A stretch of DNA of 64,000 bases from positions 6,524 to 70,523 of the forward strand of contig JADKBL010000014.1 of the NCBI GenBank assembly GCA_016718875.1, read 5' to 3'. Position 1 is the first letter of the stretch, and the number at the start of each line of letters is the position of its first letter. This document shows positions 26,074 through 34,241 of the stretch, one piece after another. A program made the position numbers and the translations under genes. The notes beneath the pieces are model-generated. The model had not been told where the DNA came from. It saw only the letters and a program-made list of their open reading frames with translations, and did not search any database. The stretch is from Bacteroidota bacterium. Lineage in GTDB: Bacteria; Bacteroidota; Bacteroidia; Bacteroidales; VadinHA17.

Positions 26074-26229
26074 AAAATCCATTAACCACAGAGAGCACAA
26101 AGAAATTGCACTGAGAACACAGAGGTCAAGTACTCCATTTTATGACTCCGTGTCCTCTGTGAAATTTTTATCATTGTATCTGCCAAAGATCGTAGATAGA
26201 GACCTCTGTGTCCTCTGTGGTTAAAAAAA
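26074..26229. repeat. TTAACCACAGAG-TIR element (MITE/REP-like), copy 3
   Basis: The left end aaaatccattaaccacagagagcaca is identical over 26 nt to copy 5. The right end tgtgtcctctgtggttaaaaa is identical over 21 nt to copy 5. The termini are reverse complements of each other. Confidence 0.8.
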
Positions 26230-26275
26230 TATTCTTACATTTAAAGTATTAACTGGACTTTAAATTCCATAAATC

Positions 26276-28735
26276 ATGAAAATCTATCCGATGTCAAAAA
26301 GATTAATAATCAATTTTGTCATAATTGCTGCCATCACTATATTAAATACTCACGCTCAGTCTTTAGAACAGATCGAATCGGGACGGGTAACCCTTCCAAA
26401 CGGATGGAGCCTTACCCCAGTTGGAAAACAATTGCCGCTTGGAGACCTGCCACTTAATATTGCCATCTCACCCGACAGGAAAATCGCGGCAGTGACAAAC
26501 AACGGACAGAGCGACCAGACAATCCAGCTGATAGATATCGAAAATGAAAAGGTTCTCGATTCAATCATTATTGCAAAATCATGGCTTGGTCTTACCTTTT
26601 CAAACGACGGAAAATATATTTATGCATCAGGCGGAAATGATAACAGGATAATTAAATACTCTGTAATCAATAACAAACTGAGAGGCACAGATACAATTAC
26701 AATCGGGAAACCATGGCCGGAAAGGATATCTGTTGCCGGGCTTGCAGTTGATGATGCAGGGAAAATACTCTATACTGTTACCAAAGAGAATAATTCTCTA
26801 TATGTTATTGACCTTCAGCAGAAGAAGGTTCTTTCTCAGCATTCACTTGGAGGAGAAGGTTATACATGTCTGCTTTCACCAGATAAGAAGACTCTTTTTA
26901 TCAGCTGCTGGGGCTGTGATAAAATAGTATTGTTCGATACCAAACTGCAGAAAATTTCGGGTTCCATTCAGGTTGGAGATAATCCCAATGATATGTGTAT
27001 CACTGCCAACGGAAGGTTTCTGTTCGTAGCAAATGCTAATGACAATAGCGTCTCTGTTATCGACTGTAAAAATTTAAGTGTAATTGAAACACTTAATTCT
27101 GCACTTTATCCGGATGCTCTCTGCGGATCAACAACAAACAGTGTAACATTGAGCAGTGATGAGAAAACTTTATATATCGCCAATGCGGATAATAACTGTC
27201 TTGCTGTTTTTGATGTGACAAAACCCGGAGCTTCAACAAGCAAGGGATTCATTCCTACAGCATGGTATCCAACCTGTGTAAGGACAGCAAAAAATAAAAT
27301 ACTTGTAAGTAACGGAAAAGGCCTGACCTCAGCAGCAAATCCTTACGGACCTCAGCCAATTATGACCAGTCAGGAAGTTGTTCACCATGAGGGAGGTAAA
27401 GAGAAGAAAACAAAGGTTCAGTACATCGGTGGTCTTTTCATGGGAACACTAAGCATCATAGGCAAATACGACGACAGTCAGCTTGCGATATATTCAAAAG
27501 CTGTTTACAGTAATACACCTTATATCAAGGAGAAAGAACTTATATCATCAGGTGATAAAAATAATCCGATACCAATTAAAATTGGAGAAAAATCACCAAT
27601 CAAATATGTATTCTATGTTATTAAGGAAAACCGTACATACGACCAGGTTCTGGGCGATATGAAAGAAGGCAACGGCGATCCGAATCTTGCACTTTTCGGA
27701 GAAAACATAACTCCAAATCAGCATGCAATAGCAAGGGAATTTGTGCTTCTCGATAATTTTTATGTAAATGGAGAGGTAAGCGCTGACGGGCACCATTGGA
27801 CAATGGGTGCTTATGCAACTGATTATCTTGAGAAGAACTGGCCCACATCATATGGCGGCAGAGGAGGCGATTATCCCGGTGAAGGACAGAGAAAAGTAGC
27901 AAATAACAAAAACGGATTCCTCTGGGATGCATGCAAAAGGCAGAATGTAACCTTCCGTTCATATGGTGAATTTATAGGAGAAAAGGGTCCGAGTATTCCG
28001 GTCCTTGAAGGTCACTATTGCAAAGATTTTTCCCTCTGGGTTCCTTCAGTTCGTGATACGACACGTTTTTACCAGTGGAAGCGTGATTTCGAATTGCTTC
28101 TTGCTAAAAACGCAGTTCCACAGTTAAATACTGTAAGATTCATTAATGACCACACGGAAGGTCTGAGCCTGGGGAGACCATCTCCATTTGCCCATGTTGC
28201 AGATAACGACCTTGCTGTCGGATTGTTTGTCGATTACCTCAGCCACAGTCCGATATGGAAGGAATGCGTAGTAATAGTTGTGGAAGATGATGCACAAAAT
28301 GGTCCCGACCATGTTGATGCGCACAGAAGCCCGGCTTTCATTGCCGGAGGTTTTGTTAAACAGGGCTTTGTTGATCATACTGTATATACAACAACTTCTC
28401 TTCTCAGAACAATTGAATTGATTCTCGGACTGCCTCCCATGACCCAGTATGATGCATCGGCAACTCCTCTCTGGCGCTGTTTCGACAATACGCCTGATCA
28501 TCCTGCCTTCAATGCAAGGCAATGCCTTTACAATCTCGATGAGAAAAACCTGACAGAAAGCATCTGGCAGAAGAAAAGCGAGAAGTTTGATTTCACACAG
28601 GAAGACCGGGTAGATGATAACGAATTCAACCAGGTTATCTGGAAAGCTGTCAAGGGTCTGGATTCACCTTGTCCGCCATCAGTACGTGCTGCATTCTTCA
28701 TGCAGAATGAACTTGGCGAGGAAGATGATGATTAG
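26276..28735 (+). CDS. secreted fusion protein: YncE/YVTN beta-propeller plus phosphoesterase (PLC/AcpA family)
   Basis: The N-terminal half has repeated ...LYV.N..DNSVSVID-type blades. The C-terminal half has VFYVIKENRTYDQVLGD and IVVEDDAQNGPDHVDAHRS. Confidence 0.75.
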   Translation: MKIYPMSKRLIINFVIIAAITILNTHAQSLEQIESGRVTLPNGWSLTPVGKQLPLGDLPLNIAISPDRKIAAVTNNGQSDQTIQLIDIENEKVLDSIIIAKSWLGLTFSNDGKYIYASGGNDNRIIKYSVINNKLRGTDTITIGKPWPERISVAGLAVDDAGKILYTVTKENNSLYVIDLQQKKVLSQHSLGGEGYTCLLSPDKKTLFISCWGCDKIVLFDTKLQKISGSIQVGDNPNDMCITANGRFLFVANANDNSVSVIDCKNLSVIETLNSALYPDALCGSTTNSVTLSSDEKTLYIANADNNCLAVFDVTKPGASTSKGFIPTAWYPTCVRTAKNKILVSNGKGLTSAANPYGPQPIMTSQEVVHHEGGKEKKTKVQYIGGLFMGTLSIIGKYDDSQLAIYSKAVYSNTPYIKEKELISSGDKNNPIPIKIGEKSPIKYVFYVIKENRTYDQVLGDMKEGNGDPNLALFGENITPNQHAIAREFVLLDNFYVNGEVSADGHHWTMGAYATDYLEKNWPTSYGGRGGDYPGEGQRKVANNKNGFLWDACKRQNVTFRSYGEFIGEKGPSIPVLEGHYCKDFSLWVPSVRDTTRFYQWKRDFELLLAKNAVPQLNTVRFINDHTEGLSLGRPSPFAHVADNDLAVGLFVDYLSHSPIWKECVVIVVEDDAQNGPDHVDAHRSPAFIAGGFVKQGFVDHTVYTTTSLLRTIELILGLPPMTQYDASATPLWRCFDNTPDHPAFNARQCLYNLDEKNLTESIWQKKSEKFDFTQEDRVDDNEFNQVIWKAVKGLDSPCPPSVRAAFFMQNELGEEDDD

Positions 28736-28741
28736 TCGCTG

Positions 28742-28762
28742 GCGCGGATCTGTGATCCGTGC
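28742..28762 (+). repeat. Triloop hairpin gcgcggatc-tgt-gatccgtgc
   Basis: A 9-10 bp stem with one G-U on the + strand, between convergent genes. The exact reverse complement occurs at 32628-32648. Confidence 0.75.
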
Positions 28763-28768
28763 CATCTA

Positions 28769-30028
28769 TTATTTCAATGCAGCCAGTGCATCAGCAAAAA
28801 TATCAAGCTCTTTTGTTGTAGTGTACACATTTGGAGTGATCCTGCAACCATGCACATTGGCCCCGTCAATAGGTGCACAATAAATTTTATATTTCTTCCA
28901 GAGAACATCACCGAGTTCGGCGGGTTTCAGGCTCTTAACACCGACATTGGCAATTGCACACGACCTTTTTTTATCTTCAGGTGTATTTAGTATTACATGC
29001 GGCAAGTTCCTGACCTTATCGGTCCAGTAATTTTGGATATATCTTAACCGTGCCTCTTTCCTTTCAGCACCGAGCATATTGTAATAATCAATTGCGTCCT
29101 CAACAGTTAAATCAGTATAAACAGGATGAGTTCCTATGTGATTCAGCCTTCTGATATCATCAGGGCTCATGTCGTAGGGAGCAATCAACGGCCATATTTT
29201 ACTGATATTCTCCTTCTTTACCCAAAGCATCCCTGAACCAAGCGGAACACTAAGCCATTTATGAAGGCTGCTTCCATAGTAATCACATCCTAGTTCCGGG
29301 ATATTGAATTTGAAATGACCAATTGCATGTGCTCCGTCAACCATCACCTGAACACCCTTACTGTGAGCCATGTCGCAGATCTTCCTGACGGGCAGAATAT
29401 GACCGGTGAGATTTATTATATGACAAATCATCAGAAGCCTGGTCCTTGGGGTTATTGCATTGGCATAAAGATTTACAATTTCATCATCCGATGCCGGATT
29501 ATTAGGAACAGATACGATCTTGTTCACAACACCATGACGCTTTGCAACCTGTTTGAACATGCTAAGCATGGCAGGATAATCCTGTTCGGCCATGAGAGCC
29601 TCATCACCTGGTTTCCAGTCAAATCCCGCAATTATGGTATCCAGGGACTCTGTTGTGTTCCGTGTAAGAACCACCTCATCGGCAGGTGCACCAACAAGGG
29701 CCGCAAGTTTTGCAGCCATTGCAGTTTTTTTATCAAACTGAACTGTACGCATGTAATAGGATGCCTGGTAATTAACATCTCTGATGTGGGAAATAAGTTT
29801 TTCAAGCGTCTGTTCCGGCAGGAAGTTGTAGTAGCCGTTCTCGAAATTTATCATTTCGGGATTCAGCCTGTAGCCCTTCCTGATAGTAAGCCAGAAATCC
29901 TCTTCCATTGCCAGGTCTGATGCAGGAACTTTTGAAACAGAGCTCATCAGATCGGAAAAATTTTCCAGGCTAAGCATAGCTCCAAGGCCAAGCAGACCTG
30001 AATTTTTAATAAACGTACGTTTGTCCAT
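28769..30028 (-). CDS. class V aminotransferase-fold PLP enzyme with a Tat-like signal peptide
   Basis: MDKRTFIKNSGLLGLGAMLS N-terminus. PLP-lysine context YYGSSLHKWL. Overall it resembles cysteine desulfurase / isopenicillin-N epimerase. Confidence 0.75.
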   Translation of the reverse strand: MDKRTFIKNSGLLGLGAMLSLENFSDLMSSVSKVPASDLAMEEDFWLTIRKGYRLNPEMINFENGYYNFLPEQTLEKLISHIRDVNYQASYYMRTVQFDKKTAMAAKLAALVGAPADEVVLTRNTTESLDTIIAGFDWKPGDEALMAEQDYPAMLSMFKQVAKRHGVVNKIVSVPNNPASDDEIVNLYANAITPRTRLLMICHIINLTGHILPVRKICDMAHSKGVQVMVDGAHAIGHFKFNIPELGCDYYGSSLHKWLSVPLGSGMLWVKKENISKIWPLIAPYDMSPDDIRRLNHIGTHPVYTDLTVEDAIDYYNMLGAERKEARLRYIQNYWTDKVRNLPHVILNTPEDKKRSCAIANVGVKSLKPAELGDVLWKKYKIYCAPIDGANVHGCRITPNVYTTTKELDIFADALAALK

Positions 30029-30083
30029 GGCTAATCATTATTATTTCCGGATATCTTATAAAAATACGAAATTATTAAATCCA

Positions 30084-30179
30084 TTAACCACGGAGATCAC
30101 AAAGTAAAAAACACAAAGGACACAAAGAAACCTTGTTCTCTGTGCCCTCTGTGAATTACCTCAGTGTCCTCTGTGGTAA
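30084..30179. repeat. TTAACCAC(A/G)GAG-TIR element, copy 4
   Basis: aaatccattaaccacggagatcac ... cagtgtcctctgtggtaa, with internal cacaaag/ctttgtg words. Confidence 0.75.
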
Positions 30180-30182
30180 AAA

Positions 30183-30812
30183 TTATGGTTTCAGTTTAAA
30201 CTCCACAGGTACCTTATAATGTACATCAACAGCCTTACCTGACTGGGTTCCCGGTTTCCAGTCGGGCATCGCAGCTATTATCCGTTTTGCCTCAGCATCA
30301 AGGAGCGGATTAACAGGCTGCTGAACATTTACATTTTTTATTTTACCAGCACTTGTAATCAGGAAAGTAACATATACTTTTCCTTCCATTTTCTTTTTAA
30401 CGGCATCTCCGGGATATTTCATATTATCATAAATCCATGAGGTCATTGCTTCTTTTCCACCCGGGAACTGAGGCAATTCCTCAACAACCATAAAAAATCC
30501 TTCTTTTCTTTTTTCATTCCCTGTCAGTACTTTTTTTTCAGAAACGGCCTTGTCATTATTTGTTCCGGTTGATAATGACTTTTTGGTAGTTATCTCAATG
30601 ACGCCATTTTTACCCTTTTCTCCGTATTTGTCAATAGCAGGTGTATCCTTTAAAACATTCACTGAAGCAATTGTCTCGGGAGGCATCTTATTCAAATCAG
30701 TTTCTGTTATTATTCCATCCACCACAATAAGCGGAGGAGGTCCGTCAACCCTGATATTAATCCCATTAGATGGTGGTGGCGGCGGCGGCGGTGGCGGGAG
30801 CCATAGGATCAT
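30183..30812 (-). CDS. Pro-rich linker plus TonB C-terminal domain (3' part of a frameshifted M56-TonB gene)
   Basis: PPPPPPPPP followed by a TonB_C-like region EELPQFPGGKEAM...GKVYVTFLI...DVHYKVPVEFK. There is no membrane anchor of its own. It overlaps the upstream ORF by 47 nt in the +1 frame. Confidence 0.7.
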   Translation of the reverse strand: MILWLPPPPPPPPPSNGINIRVDGPPPLIVVDGIITETDLNKMPPETIASVNVLKDTPAIDKYGEKGKNGVIEITTKKSLSTGTNNDKAVSEKKVLTGNEKRKEGFFMVVEELPQFPGGKEAMTSWIYDNMKYPGDAVKKKMEGKVYVTFLITSAGKIKNVNVQQPVNPLLDAEAKRIIAAMPDWKPGTQSGKAVDVHYKVPVEFKLKP

Positions 30813-31974
30813 TGAATTTCTCTGAATTTATTGTATCGAGATTCATTGGAATTTTCATGTCAGATGTGAAAACAGGTTTAACTACTACCGACTTGTATCC
30901 CACATATGATACTGCCAATGTGCCTCCCTCGGGTATTTTTTCAAGTTTAAAACTTCCGTTTGCTTCAGTTACAGTACCTGAAGTGGTTCCCATTGCAACT
31001 ATCACTGCGCCCTCAAGAGGTTTGCCGTTTTCAGCCTGAACAACGCTGCCTTTTACTGTTCTGTCCTGAATTGGTGAAGGCTGTAGATTGCCTGTTAAGT
31101 CAGATATGTCATATCTGTATTCAGGCTTTGCAAATGAATACAACACAATTGCAAATACAGGAAGTATAAGAAAGATCTTCATTTTCCTGTATGGTGATGT
31201 GATTATATTTTTCATCATTTCAAATCTTTTTTTGTTAAGTGAATAATTGAAAGAATTCGCCAGAATGACGACCTGGGAGCCGGCAATCTGATTTAAAAGA
31301 GTCGCCCTGTAAACAGCAGGATCAGAGGTTCGCTGCAGCGCCCCCTCATCTGCAAGATATTCATGGTTTTGCCTTATCATGCGGAGATAAATCCATACAA
31401 GAGGATTAAACCACTGAAGCATGCAAAGTATTCCTCCAAGTGCAAGGTCGACCCAATGTTTCTGCCTGATATGCACCAACTCGTGGTTCATTATCTCCTT
31501 CATCTCAATATCTGTAACTGAAGGATTGACAAAGATCCAGGAGAGAAATGAAAATGAGTTGGTGTAATCAGATGTCCGGATAAGCTTTACCGGGCCGGAT
31601 GTTACAATTCCTGATCTTACAACAGACCGGATAACAGGTCTGCTTTGTCTTATCATCATGAATCCGATTGCAAATATCCCCGATAAATAGAGAAGGATTA
31701 ACAATGATCCGGCATCAAATATAAATGAGCCGTTCATATTTTCAATACCTGATACAACTTCGCCTTCAGTTGGAGTTACATTGGGCACATTCAGCATTAC
31801 GGTATAACGGATTGTTAAAAGAGGCATAATGAATGAGGCAATAACCCCAGAAAGGAGGTAAAACCGGTTAAGTGTAAAAAACCTCTCATTCTTAAGAAAA
31901 ACAATATAGATCAGGGCAAAGCCTGAAAGCCATATTACTGACTTAAACAGATATAATCCCAGTGCTTCCATCAC
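30766..31974 (-). CDS. BlaR1-like M56 peptidase sensor with CarboxypepD_reg domain (5' part of the frameshifted gene)
   Basis: TM helices, HEXXH as HELVH, and VKGSVVQAENGKPLEGAVIV. The start overlaps the blaI-like stop (ATGA). Confidence 0.8.
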   Translation of the reverse strand: MMEALGLYLFKSVIWLSGFALIYIVFLKNERFFTLNRFYLLSGVIASFIMPLLTIRYTVMLNVPNVTPTEGEVVSGIENMNGSFIFDAGSLLILLYLSGIFAIGFMMIRQSRPVIRSVVRSGIVTSGPVKLIRTSDYTNSFSFLSWIFVNPSVTDIEMKEIMNHELVHIRQKHWVDLALGGILCMLQWFNPLVWIYLRMIRQNHEYLADEGALQRTSDPAVYRATLLNQIAGSQVVILANSFNYSLNKKRFEMMKNIITSPYRKMKIFLILPVFAIVLYSFAKPEYRYDISDLTGNLQPSPIQDRTVKGSVVQAENGKPLEGAVIVAMGTTSGTVTEANGSFKLEKIPEGGTLAVSYVGYKSVVVKPVFTSDMKIPMNLDTINSEKFNDPMAPATAAAATTI

Positions 31975-32348
31975 TTTTTCTTTTTGCTTTTCGACAATTC
32001 TTTTTTAGTATCCTCAAGCAGCTCTTCAAGCTCTTTCAGGGTAAGATCCTTTTCCCTCGCAAAAAACGAAGCCATTGCAGGAAAAGAATTATTGAAATAA
32101 CTTTCCATGAGGCCGAAAAGCTGGTTCTTCGAATATTCGCTTTTTGATACCATGGGATGGTAGAGATGAACATTACCATAGGCTTTATGCCCGACGAAAC
32201 CCTTCTTCTCGAGTATCCTCAGAACTGTCGACACTGTATTCCTTGCCGGCTTCGGATCGCTGAAACTGTCGCGGATATCTTTCACGAGACCTTCTTTCCG
32301 GTCCCATAATATCTGCATAATCTGTTCTTCTGCACGTGTTAGTTGCAT
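31971..32348 (-). CDS. BlaI/MecI/CopY-family transcriptional repressor
   Basis: LTRAEEQIMQILW...ARNTVSTVLRILEKKGFV winged helix, 125 aa, coupled to the M56 gene. Confidence 0.85.
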   Translation of the reverse strand: MQLTRAEEQIMQILWDRKEGLVKDIRDSFSDPKPARNTVSTVLRILEKKGFVGHKAYGNVHLYHPMVSKSEYSKNQLFGLMESYFNNSFPAMASFFAREKDLTLKELEELLEDTKKELSKSKKKK

Positions 32349-32383
32349 GATAGAAATGTTGTTAATTAAACAGTCATTGCGAT

Positions 32384-32398
32384 CCCGACACAGTCGGG
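32384..32398 (+). repeat. Triloop hairpin cccgac-aca-gtcggg
   Basis: Perfect 6-bp stem, nested inside the outer pairing attgc/gcaat. Confidence 0.5.
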
Positions 32399-32501
32399 AG
32401 AAGCAATCTTAATCTATTTGCCCGCGCGGCAATCTGGCGCCTTCGCTAAAATAGCCCACCGGGCTATTTTTTGACGCTCGGCCCCCTTCAACACAAAGAT
32501 A

Positions 32502-32519
32502 TGACTATTTTTATAGTCA
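32502..32519. promoter_or_regulatory. Dyad TGACTA-N6-TAGTCA (candidate operator 1)
   Basis: tgactatttttatagtca is a perfect 6-nt inverted repeat. Confidence 0.4.
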
Positions 32520-32540
32520 CGCAAATATTTTACAATTAAA

Positions 32541-32560
32541 ATGACTATTATTTTAGTCAT
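32541..32560. promoter_or_regulatory. Dyad ATGACTA-N6-TAGTCAT (candidate operator 2)
   Basis: atgactattattttagtcat has the same half-sites, 39 bp from dyad 1. Confidence 0.4.
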
Positions 32561-32593
32561 TTGTTATAAAATATTGATTTTATGGAAGATGCT

Positions 32594-32616
32594 GGCGCCG
32601 ATTTGTAATCGGTGCC
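32594..32616 (+). repeat. Triloop hairpin ggcgccgatt-tgt-aatcggtgcc
   Basis: 10-bp stem with one G-U on the + strand. The architecture matches 28742-28762. Confidence 0.6.
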
Positions 32617-32627
32617 AATCATTTATA

Positions 32628-32648
32628 GCACGGATCACAGATCCGCGC
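32628..32648 (-). repeat. Triloop hairpin, exact inverted copy of 28742-28762
   Basis: gcacggatcacagatccgcgc is the reverse complement of the 21-mer at 28742. Confidence 0.75.
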
Positions 32649-32717
32649 TAGCGGAGAATGTTTTATCTGATTTTTTAACTAATTTGCATCCTATTATCAA
32701 TATTTAATAATCGTACT

Positions 32718-33446
32718 ATGAAAAAGCAGATAATCTTAACATTCATTGCCACTCTTTTTATAAGCTCAACAGTTATTGCACAGAAGCCCAATACTCTTTC
32801 CGATAAAGAGAAAAAAGATGGCTGGGTACTCATGTTTAACGGTAAGGATTTTACAGGTTGGCGCCAGTGCAACGGAACAGCTATGCCAAAGAACTGGGCA
32901 ATTGAAGATAACTCAATGAAGGTTTTCACCGGAGAAGGAAAAGAACCGGGTCAGGGTGCAAACGGAGATATATTATATGAAAAAAAGTTTAAGAATTTTG
33001 AACTGACAATTGACTGGAAAGCAAGTAAAATGGCAAATTCAGGTATTTTCTTTAATGTGAGAGAGGTCCCTGGAAAACCAATTTATTATGCATCTCCCGA
33101 GATACAGGTTTTGGATAATGCTGATGCAACCGACAATAAAATACCCAGCCATCTTGCAGGTTCCCTATATGATATGATAGCAGCCGATCCAAAAACTGTA
33201 AAACCTGCAGGAGAATGGAACACTATTGTTATCAGGGTTCAGAACGGGAAAGTTACACACACCCAGAACGGGGTTAAGGTTGTTGAATATGAGCTATGGA
33301 CGCCTGCATGGGATGCATTGGTACAGAACAGCAAATTCAAAACATTCCCCGGTTTTACCGAAGGAATTTCCAAAGACGGATTCATCGGACTTCAGGATCA
33401 CGGATACACTGTATGGTTCAAAAATATTAAAATAAGAGAACTTTAA
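32718..33446 (+). CDS. DUF1080 (3-keto-disaccharide hydrolase-like) secreted protein
   Basis: Signal peptide, FTGWRQ, NSGIFF, EIQVLDN and GFIGLQDHGYTVWFKNIKIREL. Confidence 0.8.
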   Translation: MKKQIILTFIATLFISSTVIAQKPNTLSDKEKKDGWVLMFNGKDFTGWRQCNGTAMPKNWAIEDNSMKVFTGEGKEPGQGANGDILYEKKFKNFELTIDWKASKMANSGIFFNVREVPGKPIYYASPEIQVLDNADATDNKIPSHLAGSLYDMIAADPKTVKPAGEWNTIVIRVQNGKVTHTQNGVKVVEYELWTPAWDALVQNSKFKTFPGFTEGISKDGFIGLQDHGYTVWFKNIKIREL

Positions 33447-33530
33447 TTTTAAAACAATTGGCTCGGTTTTTGTGTTGATTAACTAATTACCGGTATGTTC
33501 GTATAAGTTAATAACCTAAATTTCACTCTA

Positions 33531-34229
33531 ATGAAATCAGAAAGAAATTATTTCAGAGCCACTTTTATTGTTTTATGCTTCTCCATACTGACAGTTAGTG
33601 GTACGCCTCAGGATAATAAGGGTAATCCTATTCCGCATTTCCTTTTTCCTCAGTTTAAAGAGGGAATTGTAATTATGAGAGATGGACAGAAGTTTACAGC
33701 TCTTCTTAATTATAATATGGTTGAGGAAAAAATGATCACAGAACTGGATGGGGTTTACAGATATTCAAAAAACCCCAAGAGCATTGAACGGATATTACTT
33801 GAAAACAGGCTTTTTATCCCTTATGGAAATGGCTTCTATGAGATTCTTACAAGCGGAAATGTCACAATGTTTCTTCAGAATAAAGCCAATCTTGCGCCAA
33901 AAGGTAGTAGTACGGGATATGGTTCAAAGAACAGGTCCGTTGGCCCTACCGCAACTCAAAGATTTGAAATTAATCCGGTAACACATCAGTACGGTGAAGT
34001 AGCATATATTGATCTCCCGCAGAATTTTGATGTAGTACCTGAATTTGTATTCTGGGTAAGCAATGAAGATCAGCTTGAAAAATTCAGCACAGAAAGGCAG
34101 TTCATTAAGCTTTTCCCTAAGTATGAGAAAGAACTTAAAGATTTCTTCCAAAATGAGAATATAAATATCAGGAACAGGGAAGACATTATAAAACTGGGTA
34201 ATTTCTGCAATGAGATCATGAAGAAATAA
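33531..34229 (+). CDS. hypothetical secreted protein
   Basis: N-terminal hydrophobic signal. No recognisable motif. Confidence 0.5.
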   Translation: MKSERNYFRATFIVLCFSILTVSGTPQDNKGNPIPHFLFPQFKEGIVIMRDGQKFTALLNYNMVEEKMITELDGVYRYSKNPKSIERILLENRLFIPYGNGFYEILTSGNVTMFLQNKANLAPKGSSTGYGSKNRSVGPTATQRFEINPVTHQYGEVAYIDLPQNFDVVPEFVFWVSNEDQLEKFSTERQFIKLFPKYEKELKDFFQNENINIRNREDIIKLGNFCNEIMKK

Positions 34230-34241
34230 GTTAATCCTCTC

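Noticed and set aside
30770-30800. The GGN/GGC tandem tract (ggtggtggcggcggcggcggtggcggg) as a phase-variable simple repeat.
   Set aside because: It is the coding strand complement of a poly-proline TonB linker, a normal feature of TonB-domain proteins. The codons are mixed (CCA/CCG/CCC), not a pure repeat unit.
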